From Paramoeba atlantica (lineage: Eukaryota > Protista > Discosea), in assembly GCA_977017575.1 (NCBI GenBank), contig CDRNVI010000016.1, positions 434,001 through 498,000 of the forward strand: a stretch of 64,000 nucleotides of DNA. Reading direction: 5' to 3'. A program made the position numbers and the translations under genes. The first letter of the stretch is position 1; every line of letters begins with the position of its first letter. Shown here piece by piece: positions 1 through 10,305 of this stretch. Under the pieces are notes generated by a model. It was not told where the DNA came from and did no database searches. It saw only the letters and a list, made by a program, of their open reading frames with translations.

Positions 1-58
1 TGTTCATCTTATTTGACTATTTTCTACTCCTCCACATACAAATCGATCATCTTCTTTT

Positions 59-952
59 ATGCGCGGCGGATTCCAAAGTCGAGGCGGTCCTCCACGGGGG
101 GGAGGCCGTGGGGGTCGAGGCGGTGGAGGTCGAGGCGGGGGTCGGGGCTCGGGCTTCGGAGGTCGTGGAGGCCGTGGGGGTGGACGCGGGGGTGTAGGCT
201 TCAAAGGGGGTGCCCAGACAGTCGTCGTCCCCCACCTTCGTCACCCTGGCATCTTTATTGTCAAAGGCAAACAGGACGTGCTGGCGACGCTGAACTACGT
301 CCCCGGGGTGGCGGTGTATGGGGAGAAACGGGTTGATGTGTCCACCCAAGACCCGGATGGGGAGACAGTGAAGAAGGAGTACCGTATGTGGAATCCGTAC
401 CGTAGTAAACTCGCCGCAGCGATTTACAATGGCGTGGAGCGGGCGTATATCGCGCCAGGCTCGTCGGTGCTATACTTGGGTGCCGCCAGCGGGACGACAG
501 TCTCGCATGTAAGTGATATTGTAGGGACGGAGGGAATGGTCTACGCGGTGGAGTTCTCCCAACGGGTGGGCCGTGATCTAGTGGAGATGTGTAAGAAGCG
601 GCCCAATGTGGTACCTATTATTGAGGACGCACGACACCCCTGGAAGTATCGTATGTTGGTGAATATGGTGGATTGTATCTTCATGGATGTGGCTCAACCG
701 GATCAGGCGCGGATTCTAGCGCTGAATGCGCAGTATTTTCTAAGGAATGAAGGTCATTACGTTATCTCTATTAAGGCGAATTGCATCGACTCAACACTCG
801 CGGCACCGGTAGTATTTGCTAAGGAAGTTGAGTCTCTGAAGAAGGATGGGCTGAAACCAAAAGAGCAAGTCACCCTAGAGCCCTTCGAGAGGGATCACGC
901 TGTAGTTTGTGGTAAATACCGGGTTCTTAAGAAGGATAAAAAGGCTGTGTAA
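59..952 (+). CDS. NOP1: Fibrillarin, rRNA 2'-O-methyltransferase of box C/D snoRNPs
   Basis: N-terminal RGG/GAR domain followed by [45 protein letters not shown] and [13 protein letters not shown] motifs. Confidence 0.98.
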   Translation: MRGGFQSRGGPPRGGGRGGRGGGGRGGGRGSGFGGRGGRGGGRGGVGFKGGAQTVVVPHLRHPGIFIVKGKQDVLATLNYVPGVAVYGEKRVDVSTQDPDGETVKKEYRMWNPYRSKLAAAIYNGVERAYIAPGSSVLYLGAASGTTVSHVSDIVGTEGMVYAVEFSQRVGRDLVEMCKKRPNVVPIIEDARHPWKYRMLVNMVDCIFMDVAQPDQARILALNAQYFLRNEGHYVISIKANCIDSTLAAPVVFAKEVESLKKDGLKPKEQVTLEPFERDHAVVCGKYRVLKKDKKAV

Positions 953-1263
953 TGAATGTTTCGATTTTGCATAAACTTTTTTCTTCACACTAAATGTTAC
1001 GTACAGGAGCGAGACGTGTTCAAGTTATATTACATACAACGCTTGGTGGTGTTATGTGCTACAACTTCCGAATTCATTAAAAATGTAGAATAAGTGCCAC
1101 AGATGCTGCTATTTTCTTTTTATACTTTTCGTGTACAGTAGATGTTGGAACCGTTATTTGGTGTCAACAGTCACTCCTGAAACTACTGGTATGGTCATCA
1201 ATGCGGCTAATTTATGGAGTTTCACATCTGGTATATCATTTTTTTAAAGAAATTTTTCCTTGA

Positions 1264-2661
1264 ATGTCTATCGATACAATTGTACTTCCTTCACCCAGCG
1301 ACTGGAATCTCTACGCGGTGAATGTGACTGGAGAGGTAGCTACAGCTGCGGTTCCTGTAGATACTCGAACACTTCCCACTGATTCACATGAACCATTTTC
1401 TTCTCCTTCCTGGAATCCACACTATACACGTGATTCTTCCGATGATACAAAGTTTAACCTTTCAAGCGGATTTGCAACGGGGTTAGAGAACGCCATTCGT
1501 AGAAGTAATAGCATCCATGATGTGTCCCCGTTCCTTTCTACGGTACCAACTGTTTCATTGCCTTCTTCGTTGTGCAAAGTGACTTACGCTATACTTTGTG
1601 ATGTTTGGGCATGCGATAAAGCGCGTTATTTTCATTCTGCATTTCGTACCATACGTGCAACTCTCATATTGGGAGTAAATTTTGATGTCGGCTGTGGATC
1701 AAACAATATTGAAAAGGGCGATGAAAAGAGCTCGCAAACCATGGAGTTGAAACTTGCGTGGCTTGAAAATGCAATTATCTACGTTCTAGAGCAAGCACTG
1801 CTGACCAATTACTTGTCTACAGATATCGCAACTAGCGCGCGTCAAATTTGGCAGAGCATGCCGGAGATTTGGCACAAGCATGGCATAACTCCACAGCGTC
1901 CGTACTTAAGACACGGAAACTCAATCACAGAGCTAGAAAAAATACACCAGACTCTTAGTCCTCCTGTCGAGGAGGATAAATATTCACCTAAACGCCTCTA
2001 TCATGCTGTTAAAAGTTTCGATGTCGATCATGGCAATACCTTCGGCTCAGGAGTTGATGCCATTCCAGGGTATATCAAAGTTGTTCCTTTTCCAATGGAC
2101 CTGATTAGGATCGAGGCTTCGGTTAAGGCGGGTACAGAATACGCTACAGTATACGACCTGTTCCATGACGTACAACTGATGCTCACCAACGGCAAAATTT
2201 ACAATGCACCAGATACCCCATACTACTTTCGATCTGCAAAACTAGAGACTTTTCTAAAGAGATACATGGATGATCTCTTTGACGGCCATGTAACTGATGA
2301 GTCGTTTTCTCTTTCTGGGGGGCGCTCGTTGCGTGCCCAGTATCAGACCCACTTAAAACAGAGAATTCTATGCGCCCGATTGCGGCTTGGAAATAAAGAG
2401 CCGCTCTCCGCACTACCAAAGAAAATCACAAAATACGTCGATAAGGTAAAAAACATTCTAGAGCGTGAATGGTATCATTCGGACTCAGATGCAGATAACA
2501 TCCACCTTGATTTCTCATGTATTGAATGCGTCATCCTTGATGAATTGTGTGACATAGAACTCGGGAGCGTTGAACACATGGTGCGTCAAGTACTACGTAT
2601 TACACCACAGGGTCGCATGTACCTCAATACTCATCCCTTTTTCACACAGTCTCAAAAATAG
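1264..2661 (+). CDS. Bromodomain-containing protein (single, divergent bromodomain)
   Basis: PGYIKVVPFPMDLIRIE...YATVYDLFHDVQLMLTNGKIYNAPDTPYY fits the bromodomain pattern PgY..iI..PMDL..I...Y....F..Dv.Lm..Na..YN, with the acetyl-lysine-binding Asn present. Confidence 0.8.
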   Translation: MSIDTIVLPSPSDWNLYAVNVTGEVATAAVPVDTRTLPTDSHEPFSSPSWNPHYTRDSSDDTKFNLSSGFATGLENAIRRSNSIHDVSPFLSTVPTVSLPSSLCKVTYAILCDVWACDKARYFHSAFRTIRATLILGVNFDVGCGSNNIEKGDEKSSQTMELKLAWLENAIIYVLEQALLTNYLSTDIATSARQIWQSMPEIWHKHGITPQRPYLRHGNSITELEKIHQTLSPPVEEDKYSPKRLYHAVKSFDVDHGNTFGSGVDAIPGYIKVVPFPMDLIRIEASVKAGTEYATVYDLFHDVQLMLTNGKIYNAPDTPYYFRSAKLETFLKRYMDDLFDGHVTDESFSLSGGRSLRAQYQTHLKQRILCARLRLGNKEPLSALPKKITKYVDKVKNILEREWYHSDSDADNIHLDFSCIECVILDELCDIELGSVEHMVRQVLRITPQGRMYLNTHPFFTQSQK

Positions 2662-2950
2662 AAGGTAATCTGGGTGATGTAAAGGTTCTGTGATTCATCT
2701 TGGTGACAAAAACCTGAATCTTTGGCTTATTGCGCTTTGAAGCGCTACCATTGTAGTACGTTGTACGTATTTTTGGTAGTTATCTAGTAATGGCACTACA
2801 TTTAGATAGTGCCAAAAACAATATCGGATGTCTATTCTAAACTCGATTCATTTTAACGGGACGTATTATCGTTAAAGAAATAGTGATGATCATTAAGCTT
2901 TGTTGTTATACATGAAATAGTTAGTTTTAGTAGAAGCTGGAACACTTTTA

Positions 2951-3436
2951 ATGACTGTGCAATCCGCCGATCAAGAGCTAATTCAGGTGCAGGTTATCTT
3001 AGCTGCACAGCGGTTTGTCGAAAAGTACTACAAGACCATCGATACGGAAGATGCCGAAAAACGACTTCGTGATATGATCGCGATGTATGCCAATCCAGGA
3101 AGTGTGATAATCTGGAATGGACACACAAGTTTGTCTGCCCCATCGCCCCATGACTTTGTAAAAATGATGTTAGAGGTAATGCCACCGACTAAGCACACAA
3201 TTCAAAACGTGGATGCACTTCCCTTGCCAGGATGCGTTGGTGGAGACGTCTTTATTGCCCACGTGGTTGGGTCCGTTGTCTACGACAAGGATCATTTTCG
3301 CACCTTTTATCACAGTTTTATTATACGAACGTTTGAGGGTAGGACCTATGTCATGGAGGACGATTTCAGGTGGACAGGTGAAAAAGCTGAAAAGAAGAAA
3401 GCCCATATGCATTATGGCTACCCTCCACGACGGTGA
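2951..3436 (+). CDS. NTF2-like export factor (NXT1/p15-like)
   Basis: AQRFVEKYYKTID...MYAN..SVIIWNGH, then V.GSV.YD...F..SF: NTF2 fold with the NXT1-type WNG motif. Confidence 0.75.
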   Translation: MTVQSADQELIQVQVILAAQRFVEKYYKTIDTEDAEKRLRDMIAMYANPGSVIIWNGHTSLSAPSPHDFVKMMLEVMPPTKHTIQNVDALPLPGCVGGDVFIAHVVGSVVYDKDHFRTFYHSFIIRTFEGRTYVMEDDFRWTGEKAEKKKAHMHYGYPPRR

Positions 3437-3722
3437 TGTACCGAGTACGACTAGGAGAACACTATGAGAGTTTGAGGTTTACCGGGGGCAGTCTACTATC
3501 GTATGCTTACCAACTTCATGTCCTAATACTATCATACACACAAGAGTAATTGCACGATTTGGGCGTGCAAAAGTTAAAGCTATATTCACTATTTCTCGGT
3601 CACCGCGTTACAATCAATGGGTAATAAAACAATGTACACAATGTTTCAAGTCCATGAATAACACTACCTTTCACTCCAACACTTAAGGTCTTCTTTTCTA
3701 CACCAAAACCATCCTTTTCTAC

Positions 3723-5024
3723 ATGTCACGAATCTCTGGCTTACACGCCCGCGAGGTGCTTGACTCCCGCGGAAACCCCACCATCGAGGTAGAGCTCACC
3801 ACCTCCATGGGCATCTTCCGCTCCAGCGTCCCCTCCGGGGCCTCCACCGGAATCTACGAAGCCTGTGAGCTCCGCGACCAGGACCCCACCCGGTTCGCCG
3901 GCAAAGGTGTCCGCCACGCCGTACAAAACGTCACCGAGCTCCTCGCCCCCGCCCTCATCGGCAAGGAGGTCACCCAACAGTCGCAGCTCGACGCCCTCAT
4001 GCGCACCCTCGACGGCACCGCGAACAAATCCAAAATCGGCGCCAACGCGATCCTCGGGGTTTCCATGTCCATCTCCCGCGCCGCCGCGGCCCACCAAGGC
4101 CTCCCGCTCTACGAGTACCTCGCGAGACTCGCGGGGAACACCGACCTGCGTCTCCCGGTGCCGTGTTTCAACGTAATCAACGGCGGCCGCCACGCCGGCA
4201 ACCCGCTCCCGTTCCAGGAGTTCATGGTGGCCCCCGCGAGGGCACTCTCCTACCGCGAGGGGCTCCGCATGGGCGCCGAGATCTACCAAACCCTGAAACG
4301 CCTTCTCCACGGCAGGTACGGCCCCGAGGCCGTGAATGTGGGCGACGAGGGGGGGTTCGCCCCCCCGCTCAACGACACCGAGGCGCTGGAGGTGTTGGTG
4401 GAGGCCATCGAGGCCGCGGGGTACGCCGGGAAGTGTGTGATCTGTGTGGACTGCGCGGCCTCGGAGATGTACGACCCCGCGACGGGGCGGTACGATTTGA
4501 ATTTTAAAGGGTCCCCCGCGGAGGCGGTGGGGGCGGGGGTGCTGCAGGAGAAGTACCTGCGGTGGACGCGGGAGTACCCCGTGGGGTCGATTGAGGATCC
4601 GTTCGATCAGGATGACTGGGCGGGGTGGAGTGGGCTGACGAGGGCGATGAGTGGACGCGCGCAGGTGGTGACGGATGACCTGACGGTGACGAATGTGGAG
4701 CGGATTGAGAGGGCGATTGAGGCGAAGGCGGGGAGTGCGCTGCTGCTGAAGATTAACCAAATCGGTTCCATCACGGAGAGCATTCAGGCGTGGCGGTTAT
4801 GTGTGTCAAAAGGGTGGAATGTGATGGTGTCCCATCGGAGTGGGGAGACGGAGGACACATTTATCGCTGACCTCGCCGTGGGACTTGGTACGGGGCAGAT
4901 TAAAACGGGCGCTCCTTGCCGAGGTGAACGGACCGCGAAGCTCAACCAGTTGTTGCGCATTGAAGAGGAGTTGGGCGGCTCCGCGAAGTACGGATGTCCT
5001 TCTTGGAAGGTGGCCAATAATTAA
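3723..5024 (+). CDS. ENO: Enolase
   Basis: [95 protein letters not shown]; [21 protein letters not shown] is the kinetoplastid-type wording. Confidence 0.99.
   Translation: MSRISGLHAREVLDSRGNPTIEVELTTSMGIFRSSVPSGASTGIYEACELRDQDPTRFAGKGVRHAVQNVTELLAPALIGKEVTQQSQLDALMRTLDGTANKSKIGANAILGVSMSISRAAAAHQGLPLYEYLARLAGNTDLRLPVPCFNVINGGRHAGNPLPFQEFMVAPARALSYREGLRMGAEIYQTLKRLLHGRYGPEAVNVGDEGGFAPPLNDTEALEVLVEAIEAAGYAGKCVICVDCAASEMYDPATGRYDLNFKGSPAEAVGAGVLQEKYLRWTREYPVGSIEDPFDQDDWAGWSGLTRAMSGRAQVVTDDLTVTNVERIERAIEAKAGSALLLKINQIGSITESIQAWRLCVSKGWNVMVSHRSGETEDTFIADLAVGLGTGQIKTGAPCRGERTAKLNQLLRIEEELGGSAKYGCPSWKVANN
3760..4800. other. GC-rich island with a C-rich to G-rich skew flip at ~4350
   Basis: Third codon positions are mostly C before ~4340 and mostly G after it; usage returns to mixed after ~4800. 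Confidence 0.85.
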
Positions 5025-5459
5025 GCATCTCTGTCGATGTGAGGTCATAGATTTGACGCAAATAAAATGAGTAGCTCGGTCTCCATGAATGTTTTATAGA
5101 TATTGGAGCAATCCGCGTAATGATGTTTCGTTTTAACAAGACTAGAACTTCATGCTGGGCTTTTTTAAACGCTATGCGCGTTCTTAACTAGAGATAATTC
5201 TTACGTCTGAAGATCTTTTTAAGTTCTCTTGACACTGGGCATCGCGTGTGGGCATATTTTGCTATTTTTTGGGACTTCTCAGTTCGGAAGACTGAAACCT
5301 ATGTGAATAAAAGAAAGTACACTAACCTTTGCTCTATTGATAACCCGAGAACGTTAGTGAATAGTAGGGGTATGGATTCCCGTTTTAGAAATGTACGTAT
5401 CATGTTTTTCTACCTCTTTCTAAAATTTTATAGCCTATTTTTCTCATAAATTTCCCACA

Positions 5460-6450
5460 TTTCTCCATCCCCATGACTACCTTATTCTCCCCCGGGGAGA
5501 TCGCCTACGTACAGCAAAGCGTGGAACAAAACATGCGCAGCGACGGCCGAAGTCGTACCCAAATCCGCCACGCGGATATCTCCGTCGGGGTCATCTCCCG
5601 CGCCTACGGCAGTTCCCACGTCACCCTGGGCGAGGGCACGGAAGTCCTCGTCGGGGTCTACGGTGAGATTATCCCCAACCCCGAGGGCTCGCTCAGTATC
5701 CACGTCGATTGCACCCCCGCGGTCACCACCTGCTACGCCGCCGGCTCCTCCACCTCCTCCCTCTACCTCGCAAAAGAGGTTTTCACCCACCAACTCAGTT
5801 CCCATCTTAACGCGCTCTACGCCAGTGCCCCGCGAGAGCGCTCGGAGCTGATTCTCATCCCCGGGGGGATCTCTCCGGGTTCCCCAGCCGTCTCTCGGCC
5901 CTCTCCCTGGCCGATTCAGCCCGACCCCTCGAGACTTTCGCTCTTCCAAAGCTTAAGGCTCTCGGCGGACACCGCGTGGGGGCTAAAAATCGATCTCTCC
6001 GTGATGGGAAGCCTTGGGGGGAATGTCCCGCTCGGGGCGACGCTGGCCCTTAAGGCCGCGCTGTGTGACACGAGACTGCCGAGGGTGGAGGGGGCGTTGG
6101 TGGGGGGAGAGGCCCGGTTGGTCCAGGAGGATCGACGGGCGCTGGGCGGGGCGTGGGAGGTCCCGCTGAGTACGCTGGTGCTGTGTACCCCGGCGCACTA
6201 TGTCGTGGACCCGACGTTGCAGGAGGAGTCGGTGCCGGCGACGGGGGTTTTGGTGAGTACGGACCCCCGGGGGGAGATTTGGGGGGTGCAGACGACAGCG
6301 CTGGGGACACGGACGCAGAGTCCCGGACCGTTGCCGGCGCAGGATTTGTTGTGCGTGGTGAGGGAGGCACCGGGGATGCTGCAAGCGGCACATGAGGAGC
6401 TGGAAGCGAGGCTGGGTCGTGGGAAAGGAGGGTCGGAGGGGAGTAGTGAG
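5460..6450. other. GC-rich island with a C-rich to G-rich skew flip at ~6000
   Basis: C-dominated 5460-6000, G-dominated 6010-6450. Confidence 0.85.
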
Positions 6451-6456
6451 GCGTAG
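5473..6456 (+). CDS. Exosome RNase PH-like core subunit, Rrp42/EXOSC7-like
   Basis: FSPGEIAYVQQSVEQNMRSDGRSRTQIR...GSSHVTLGEGTEVLVGVYGEI start, and YVVDPTLQEES near the C-terminus. Confidence 0.85.
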   Translation: MTTLFSPGEIAYVQQSVEQNMRSDGRSRTQIRHADISVGVISRAYGSSHVTLGEGTEVLVGVYGEIIPNPEGSLSIHVDCTPAVTTCYAAGSSTSSLYLAKEVFTHQLSSHLNALYASAPRERSELILIPGGISPGSPAVSRPSPWPIQPDPSRLSLFQSLRLSADTAWGLKIDLSVMGSLGGNVPLGATLALKAALCDTRLPRVEGALVGGEARLVQEDRRALGGAWEVPLSTLVLCTPAHYVVDPTLQEESVPATGVLVSTDPRGEIWGVQTTALGTRTQSPGPLPAQDLLCVVREAPGMLQAAHEELEARLGRGKGGSEGSSEA

Positions 6457-6650
6457 AGCTGCAGTGTGAGGTTTTGCGCAGGATAAATATATACAATAGT
6501 AGTGGACATTTGTTAAGGATTTCCTAGAGATTAAAGAAACTTCATATCATGTACTTCAAATGTTTTAAATTTGCGTTAGTTGCTATTTTATAATTTGTTT
6601 TTTTGCGCCTCTTTTGACATGAGACGGATGACAAGCCTTTTTCTCATTGC

Positions 6651-7823
6651 ATGTGTTTGGCAGGCATATTATTGAACATCAGCGAAGAGATACCGTTACT
6701 GATTTTTCAGAACCGCGACGAATTTGTTGAACGGGCGTGGACTGAAACTGGATCTTATGAGCTTGAGTTGGAAAGCGGTATAGTATGTGCACGTGACGTT
6801 AGCAGGAACGTACGCCAGCTTTGCTTGGAACCGTTTCACGACTCGCAAAATTCGAAGCTAGATGAACCCCTCATCCACATTTCCGAATTATGCTCCAAGA
6901 AAAGGAACACTCAATTAGGGAACAAACTTTCTTCGGGTATCTCGCTTCATAGCAGGGTCGATTTAGTAAACGCGAATCGCACTTGGTTTGGTATTAATCC
7001 AAGTCGCTCTGCTTTTGCCTTTCTTACTAATATTAGAGGGACTGCTAATGGGAACACCACACGAGGGGTCTTAGTTCCGGCGGTTCTTACCGGGAATTTG
7101 CCACTCTTGTATACCGAGGCTGCACGCTTAGTCACATTTTCTGGGTACAACCTGTTTTACGGAGGGCTCACACATCATTCCTTACACGGGTGTAAAGCTT
7201 GTTTGTATTACAAAACTCACGGTGCAATCACCAATTCTTCCAATACGAATACAAAAGCAAACGATGAACTGGTGGACCCGTTAGATCCGGGTATACACGT
7301 CATTGGTAACTCAACTCTTAATGACATGAGTTGGCCACGTGTTGGTTTGTTGCGAAAGAGGATCGAAGAGAGATTAGTTCCTTGTCTACAAAGTCTCAGT
7401 AAAACAACTTTTGAGGAAGAGTGCTTAGTCTCAGCAGATGCAACATGTCGAGATTCTTCCCCGATGGAAATCAAGCACATCATGAATATGGCTGCAGATC
7501 TGTTATGTGAATCATCTGACATGGATTCGAAAGCGTACCTCCAGTATACACGGGATACGGATTCTCTAGAGCAATATCTAAGAAAGGAAATATTCCTTAA
7601 AGGAGTTTTTATCGAAGGAAAGAAATACCAAACTTGTGCTCAAAACGTACTTTGCATTCACCGAAGAAAACTTAATTGTAGTAATGGAGTCACGTCGACA
7701 AACCCTTTGTATCAGTATGAATATTTTTTTGAATCTTGGTACCGAACTACACAAACTAATAGTAATCACGGAACCTGGGTAAGGACTAGATATAAAATAA
7801 ATGTGGATGAACATGTAGAATAG
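6651..7823 (+). CDS. TANGO2/NRDE family protein (Ntn-hydrolase-like)
   Basis: Starts MCL; QNRDEFVER; TWFGIN...FAFLTNIR; TRGVLV; FSGYNLFYG; GIHVIGNSTLNDMSWPRV. Confidence 0.85.
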   Translation: MCLAGILLNISEEIPLLIFQNRDEFVERAWTETGSYELELESGIVCARDVSRNVRQLCLEPFHDSQNSKLDEPLIHISELCSKKRNTQLGNKLSSGISLHSRVDLVNANRTWFGINPSRSAFAFLTNIRGTANGNTTRGVLVPAVLTGNLPLLYTEAARLVTFSGYNLFYGGLTHHSLHGCKACLYYKTHGAITNSSNTNTKANDELVDPLDPGIHVIGNSTLNDMSWPRVGLLRKRIEERLVPCLQSLSKTTFEEECLVSADATCRDSSPMEIKHIMNMAADLLCESSDMDSKAYLQYTRDTDSLEQYLRKEIFLKGVFIEGKKYQTCAQNVLCIHRRKLNCSNGVTSTNPLYQYEYFFESWYRTTQTNSNHGTWVRTRYKINVDEHVE

Positions 7824-8122
7824 GAGTCTCTGAAAGGAACCTAATTTTGTAAGCGTAGAGTCTACTCCGTAGGCCATTAAATTGGCCTTCACGTTGCTGT
7901 GTTAGAGACATCAATGGCGTTCCTTTGTGAAATAATGTTATGGTTCACTATACTGCATAAAGGTGAGATTCCTTTCTTTTTAACGTATCCCGTTTCTCCT
8001 CTTATAGATACATGTGGTCGAAAGGTGACGCAAGACAAGGTCACACCTGTTAGAGGACAAGGCCACACCTGCTACCTCTTTCATACAGTGTAGCTCTCCA
8101 CTGAGCAAGTGTCCATTGAGCA

Positions 8123-8938
8123 ATGTCAGCGGGAACGACTTTGTCGTTCATCGTTGTATTCGGTCCTTCCATTCTGACTATTCCATATTTTTATTGCAAC
8201 CCGCCTTTGTTCATTCTTGCTTTACTTGGGGCTTTTGCGGAATTATGGAATTTACACGTTCTTGCTCTCCTGCAACTCATTTTCGCAAAGTTGTCGTACT
8301 GCAAATATATCGTTCTAGTGCTGTCTAACGCGTTCTGGCTTCTTCTTCATGGGACCCTTTACAGGGCTCTGCAGCACGTTGAAGCCGAGTCAAATAAGCA
8401 TGATCGAACCCTTATAAGTTCTCAGGATTATCCTCTTCCCCTTGGAGTAGCTTTCGGACTGGGCATTGGGTTAATGAAGGCGTTACTCTTGTATTGTGTT
8501 TCACCAGCGTCACTGTTTACGAAAGAGTTGTCTTGCCTTTACCGAGACTACCTCAGTGATCTTTACTCAGCCTCTCTACTCTGTAGCATCAAAATATTTT
8601 TGGAAGCGTGCTGGACATGTGCCCTCTTGGGATGCCTGTTTTTGATTGCCTCGGGAGAGAACACTACGCCCTCCATCGAACGAACAGAAATAAGAAGACC
8701 GTTGAATTTTTCTCTCGAGTATTGGTACTCGTCGAACATATTTTTTGGGTTTATCCTTATCATGTTGATCGTTACTTTTCGCATTATTTTCGTCATCATG
8801 CAATCAAGTAAGGGAGTTCTGGGGAGTACATTTTTGGTGATTATAATAGGAGCAACCGTCTGTATTACTTTTAGTGTTTATTGGCGTTTAAGAAAAATAC
8901 GCCACGTTGCTCCATTAGGACAGGTAGCAAGTCCTTAA
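8123..8938 (+). CDS. Aph-1-like 7-TM protein (gamma-secretase subunit-like)
   Basis: About 7 hydrophobic segments; FIVVFGP and LLGAFAEL resemble Aph-1 FVAFGP and VAGAFFWL; GVAFGLGIG matches the Aph-1 glycine motif. Confidence 0.55.
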   Translation: MSAGTTLSFIVVFGPSILTIPYFYCNPPLFILALLGAFAELWNLHVLALLQLIFAKLSYCKYIVLVLSNAFWLLLHGTLYRALQHVEAESNKHDRTLISSQDYPLPLGVAFGLGIGLMKALLLYCVSPASLFTKELSCLYRDYLSDLYSASLLCSIKIFLEACWTCALLGCLFLIASGENTTPSIERTEIRRPLNFSLEYWYSSNIFFGFILIMLIVTFRIIFVIMQSSKGVLGSTFLVIIIGATVCITFSVYWRLRKIRHVAPLGQVASP

Positions 8939-9115
8939 GAAATAGTGTTAAGAAATAGTGCGGTGTATTTTAGGTCCCGAACTAGCTTTTCTTTAGGCCA
9001 ATCATTATTTGTACGCGCTGAAAAAACTTCTAAACTTGATTATAACAACATCGAAAGGAATACCCTGCAGCGTCTATACACTGTACACATAGTACATCGT
9101 CACAATTAGAAACTC

Positions 9116-9898
9116 ATGGATTCGACTTATGATTTTCTTCTGCCAGCGGACCCCGACGCCCCTGAAGTGCCATGGGCGTGGTCAGAATGGACTACATGCC
9201 GTGCGAATCTATACTCTACGCAAGTTGAGCGTCAGCTCGAGGGTATAGAAATGGTTACCCGTTGGGAGCTACGAGCAGGCGACGCCACTCGCCTGATTGA
9301 TCTTACCGCAGCGTTAGTTCGCGTTGGAGTGTTGCATGAGGAATTAGCGGAGTCTCTTCGAATGCGCGTAAAGTACAAAGATTCCTCGGTTCCAGATTCG
9401 CTTTCTCATGTTATTTGCGATGCACGAGGTCACGTCCATGTGCTCTGTTTGGCCTACTCAATGGCATTGGTTCGTCTCGTAAATGCAATAACGGATCATT
9501 TTCCTGTAACGCTGAACAAGGAGGGACGTAGTAGTGTGCGACAAAGGGCGCAAGCGCGTGGGTTGCCACCGGAGCTAGTTACTCTTCGTCACTGTGCGAC
9601 ACATACCGAACTACCAGCTCTCCAAGAACTATTGTGCTGCAAAAAGGTAGCAATGGATTATTTGTGGAAGATATATTGGAAGCCGCAATATGATTTGCTA
9701 CAAAAAGCCCGCAGGAAATATGAGTCTAGCAAAAGTTCGAAAAAGCGAAATTCGCAAAAGGACGCAAAGGAATATACTGGCGATGAAGATAAAAGTGGAC
9801 TGACGCACAGCAACGCGACAAAAGATCGGGAAAAAACTGTAAGCAGGGGAAGAGAAGAGGAGTGCAGTGATCCGCCTTCCCCTCCTGATTTTGAATAA
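9116..9898 (+). CDS. LAS1: Las1 HEPN endoribonuclease (ITS2 pre-rRNA cleavage)
   Basis: VPWAWSEW, LAYSMALVRLVNAITD, GLPPELVTLRHCATHTELP (HEPN RH..TH motif), DYLWKIYW. Confidence 0.9.
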   Translation: MDSTYDFLLPADPDAPEVPWAWSEWTTCRANLYSTQVERQLEGIEMVTRWELRAGDATRLIDLTAALVRVGVLHEELAESLRMRVKYKDSSVPDSLSHVICDARGHVHVLCLAYSMALVRLVNAITDHFPVTLNKEGRSSVRQRAQARGLPPELVTLRHCATHTELPALQELLCCKKVAMDYLWKIYWKPQYDLLQKARRKYESSKSSKKRNSQKDAKEYTGDEDKSGLTHSNATKDREKTVSRGREEECSDPPSPPDFE

Positions 9899-10305
9899 GT
9901 TGCGCTTCTCAGACTACTGGCTCGCGGTACCTTGTTTTCTTGCAAGAATGATTTTTTCGGTCCCTCCATCTTACCTCAAGTGTAGGTTTGTTTCGAGAGA
10001 CTTTTCCCGCATCCTACCGGGGATGTCCCCGACAATTTGCCGGGGAACTCCCATCTAATTAGCTTTGTTTTTTGGGGATGTTTTTTGACTGGGTCACCAA
10101 GCGCTGATTTTACCAGAGCCGGACGACGCTGTGTTAGGAGGGTCAATAAAAATTAATTTCTACCGTTAAAAGAAACAAAAATAGCTTTCCTTTCCTTATG
10201 CTAAGGTTCCTTAGAGTTTTTGTTCTTAATAGAATTATTCGTACTCAGAAAAATAAATGATTTTCTTATACTGATTACCAACGAGGCCATCGTTGCAAAA
10301 GCTCC

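Noticed and set aside
3741-4760. 339-aa antisense ORF under enolase (also 5482-5949, 53841-54722, 54212-54838, 4-204)
   Set aside because: Shadow ORFs expected where third positions are almost all C or G; the products are low-complexity and carry no motifs.
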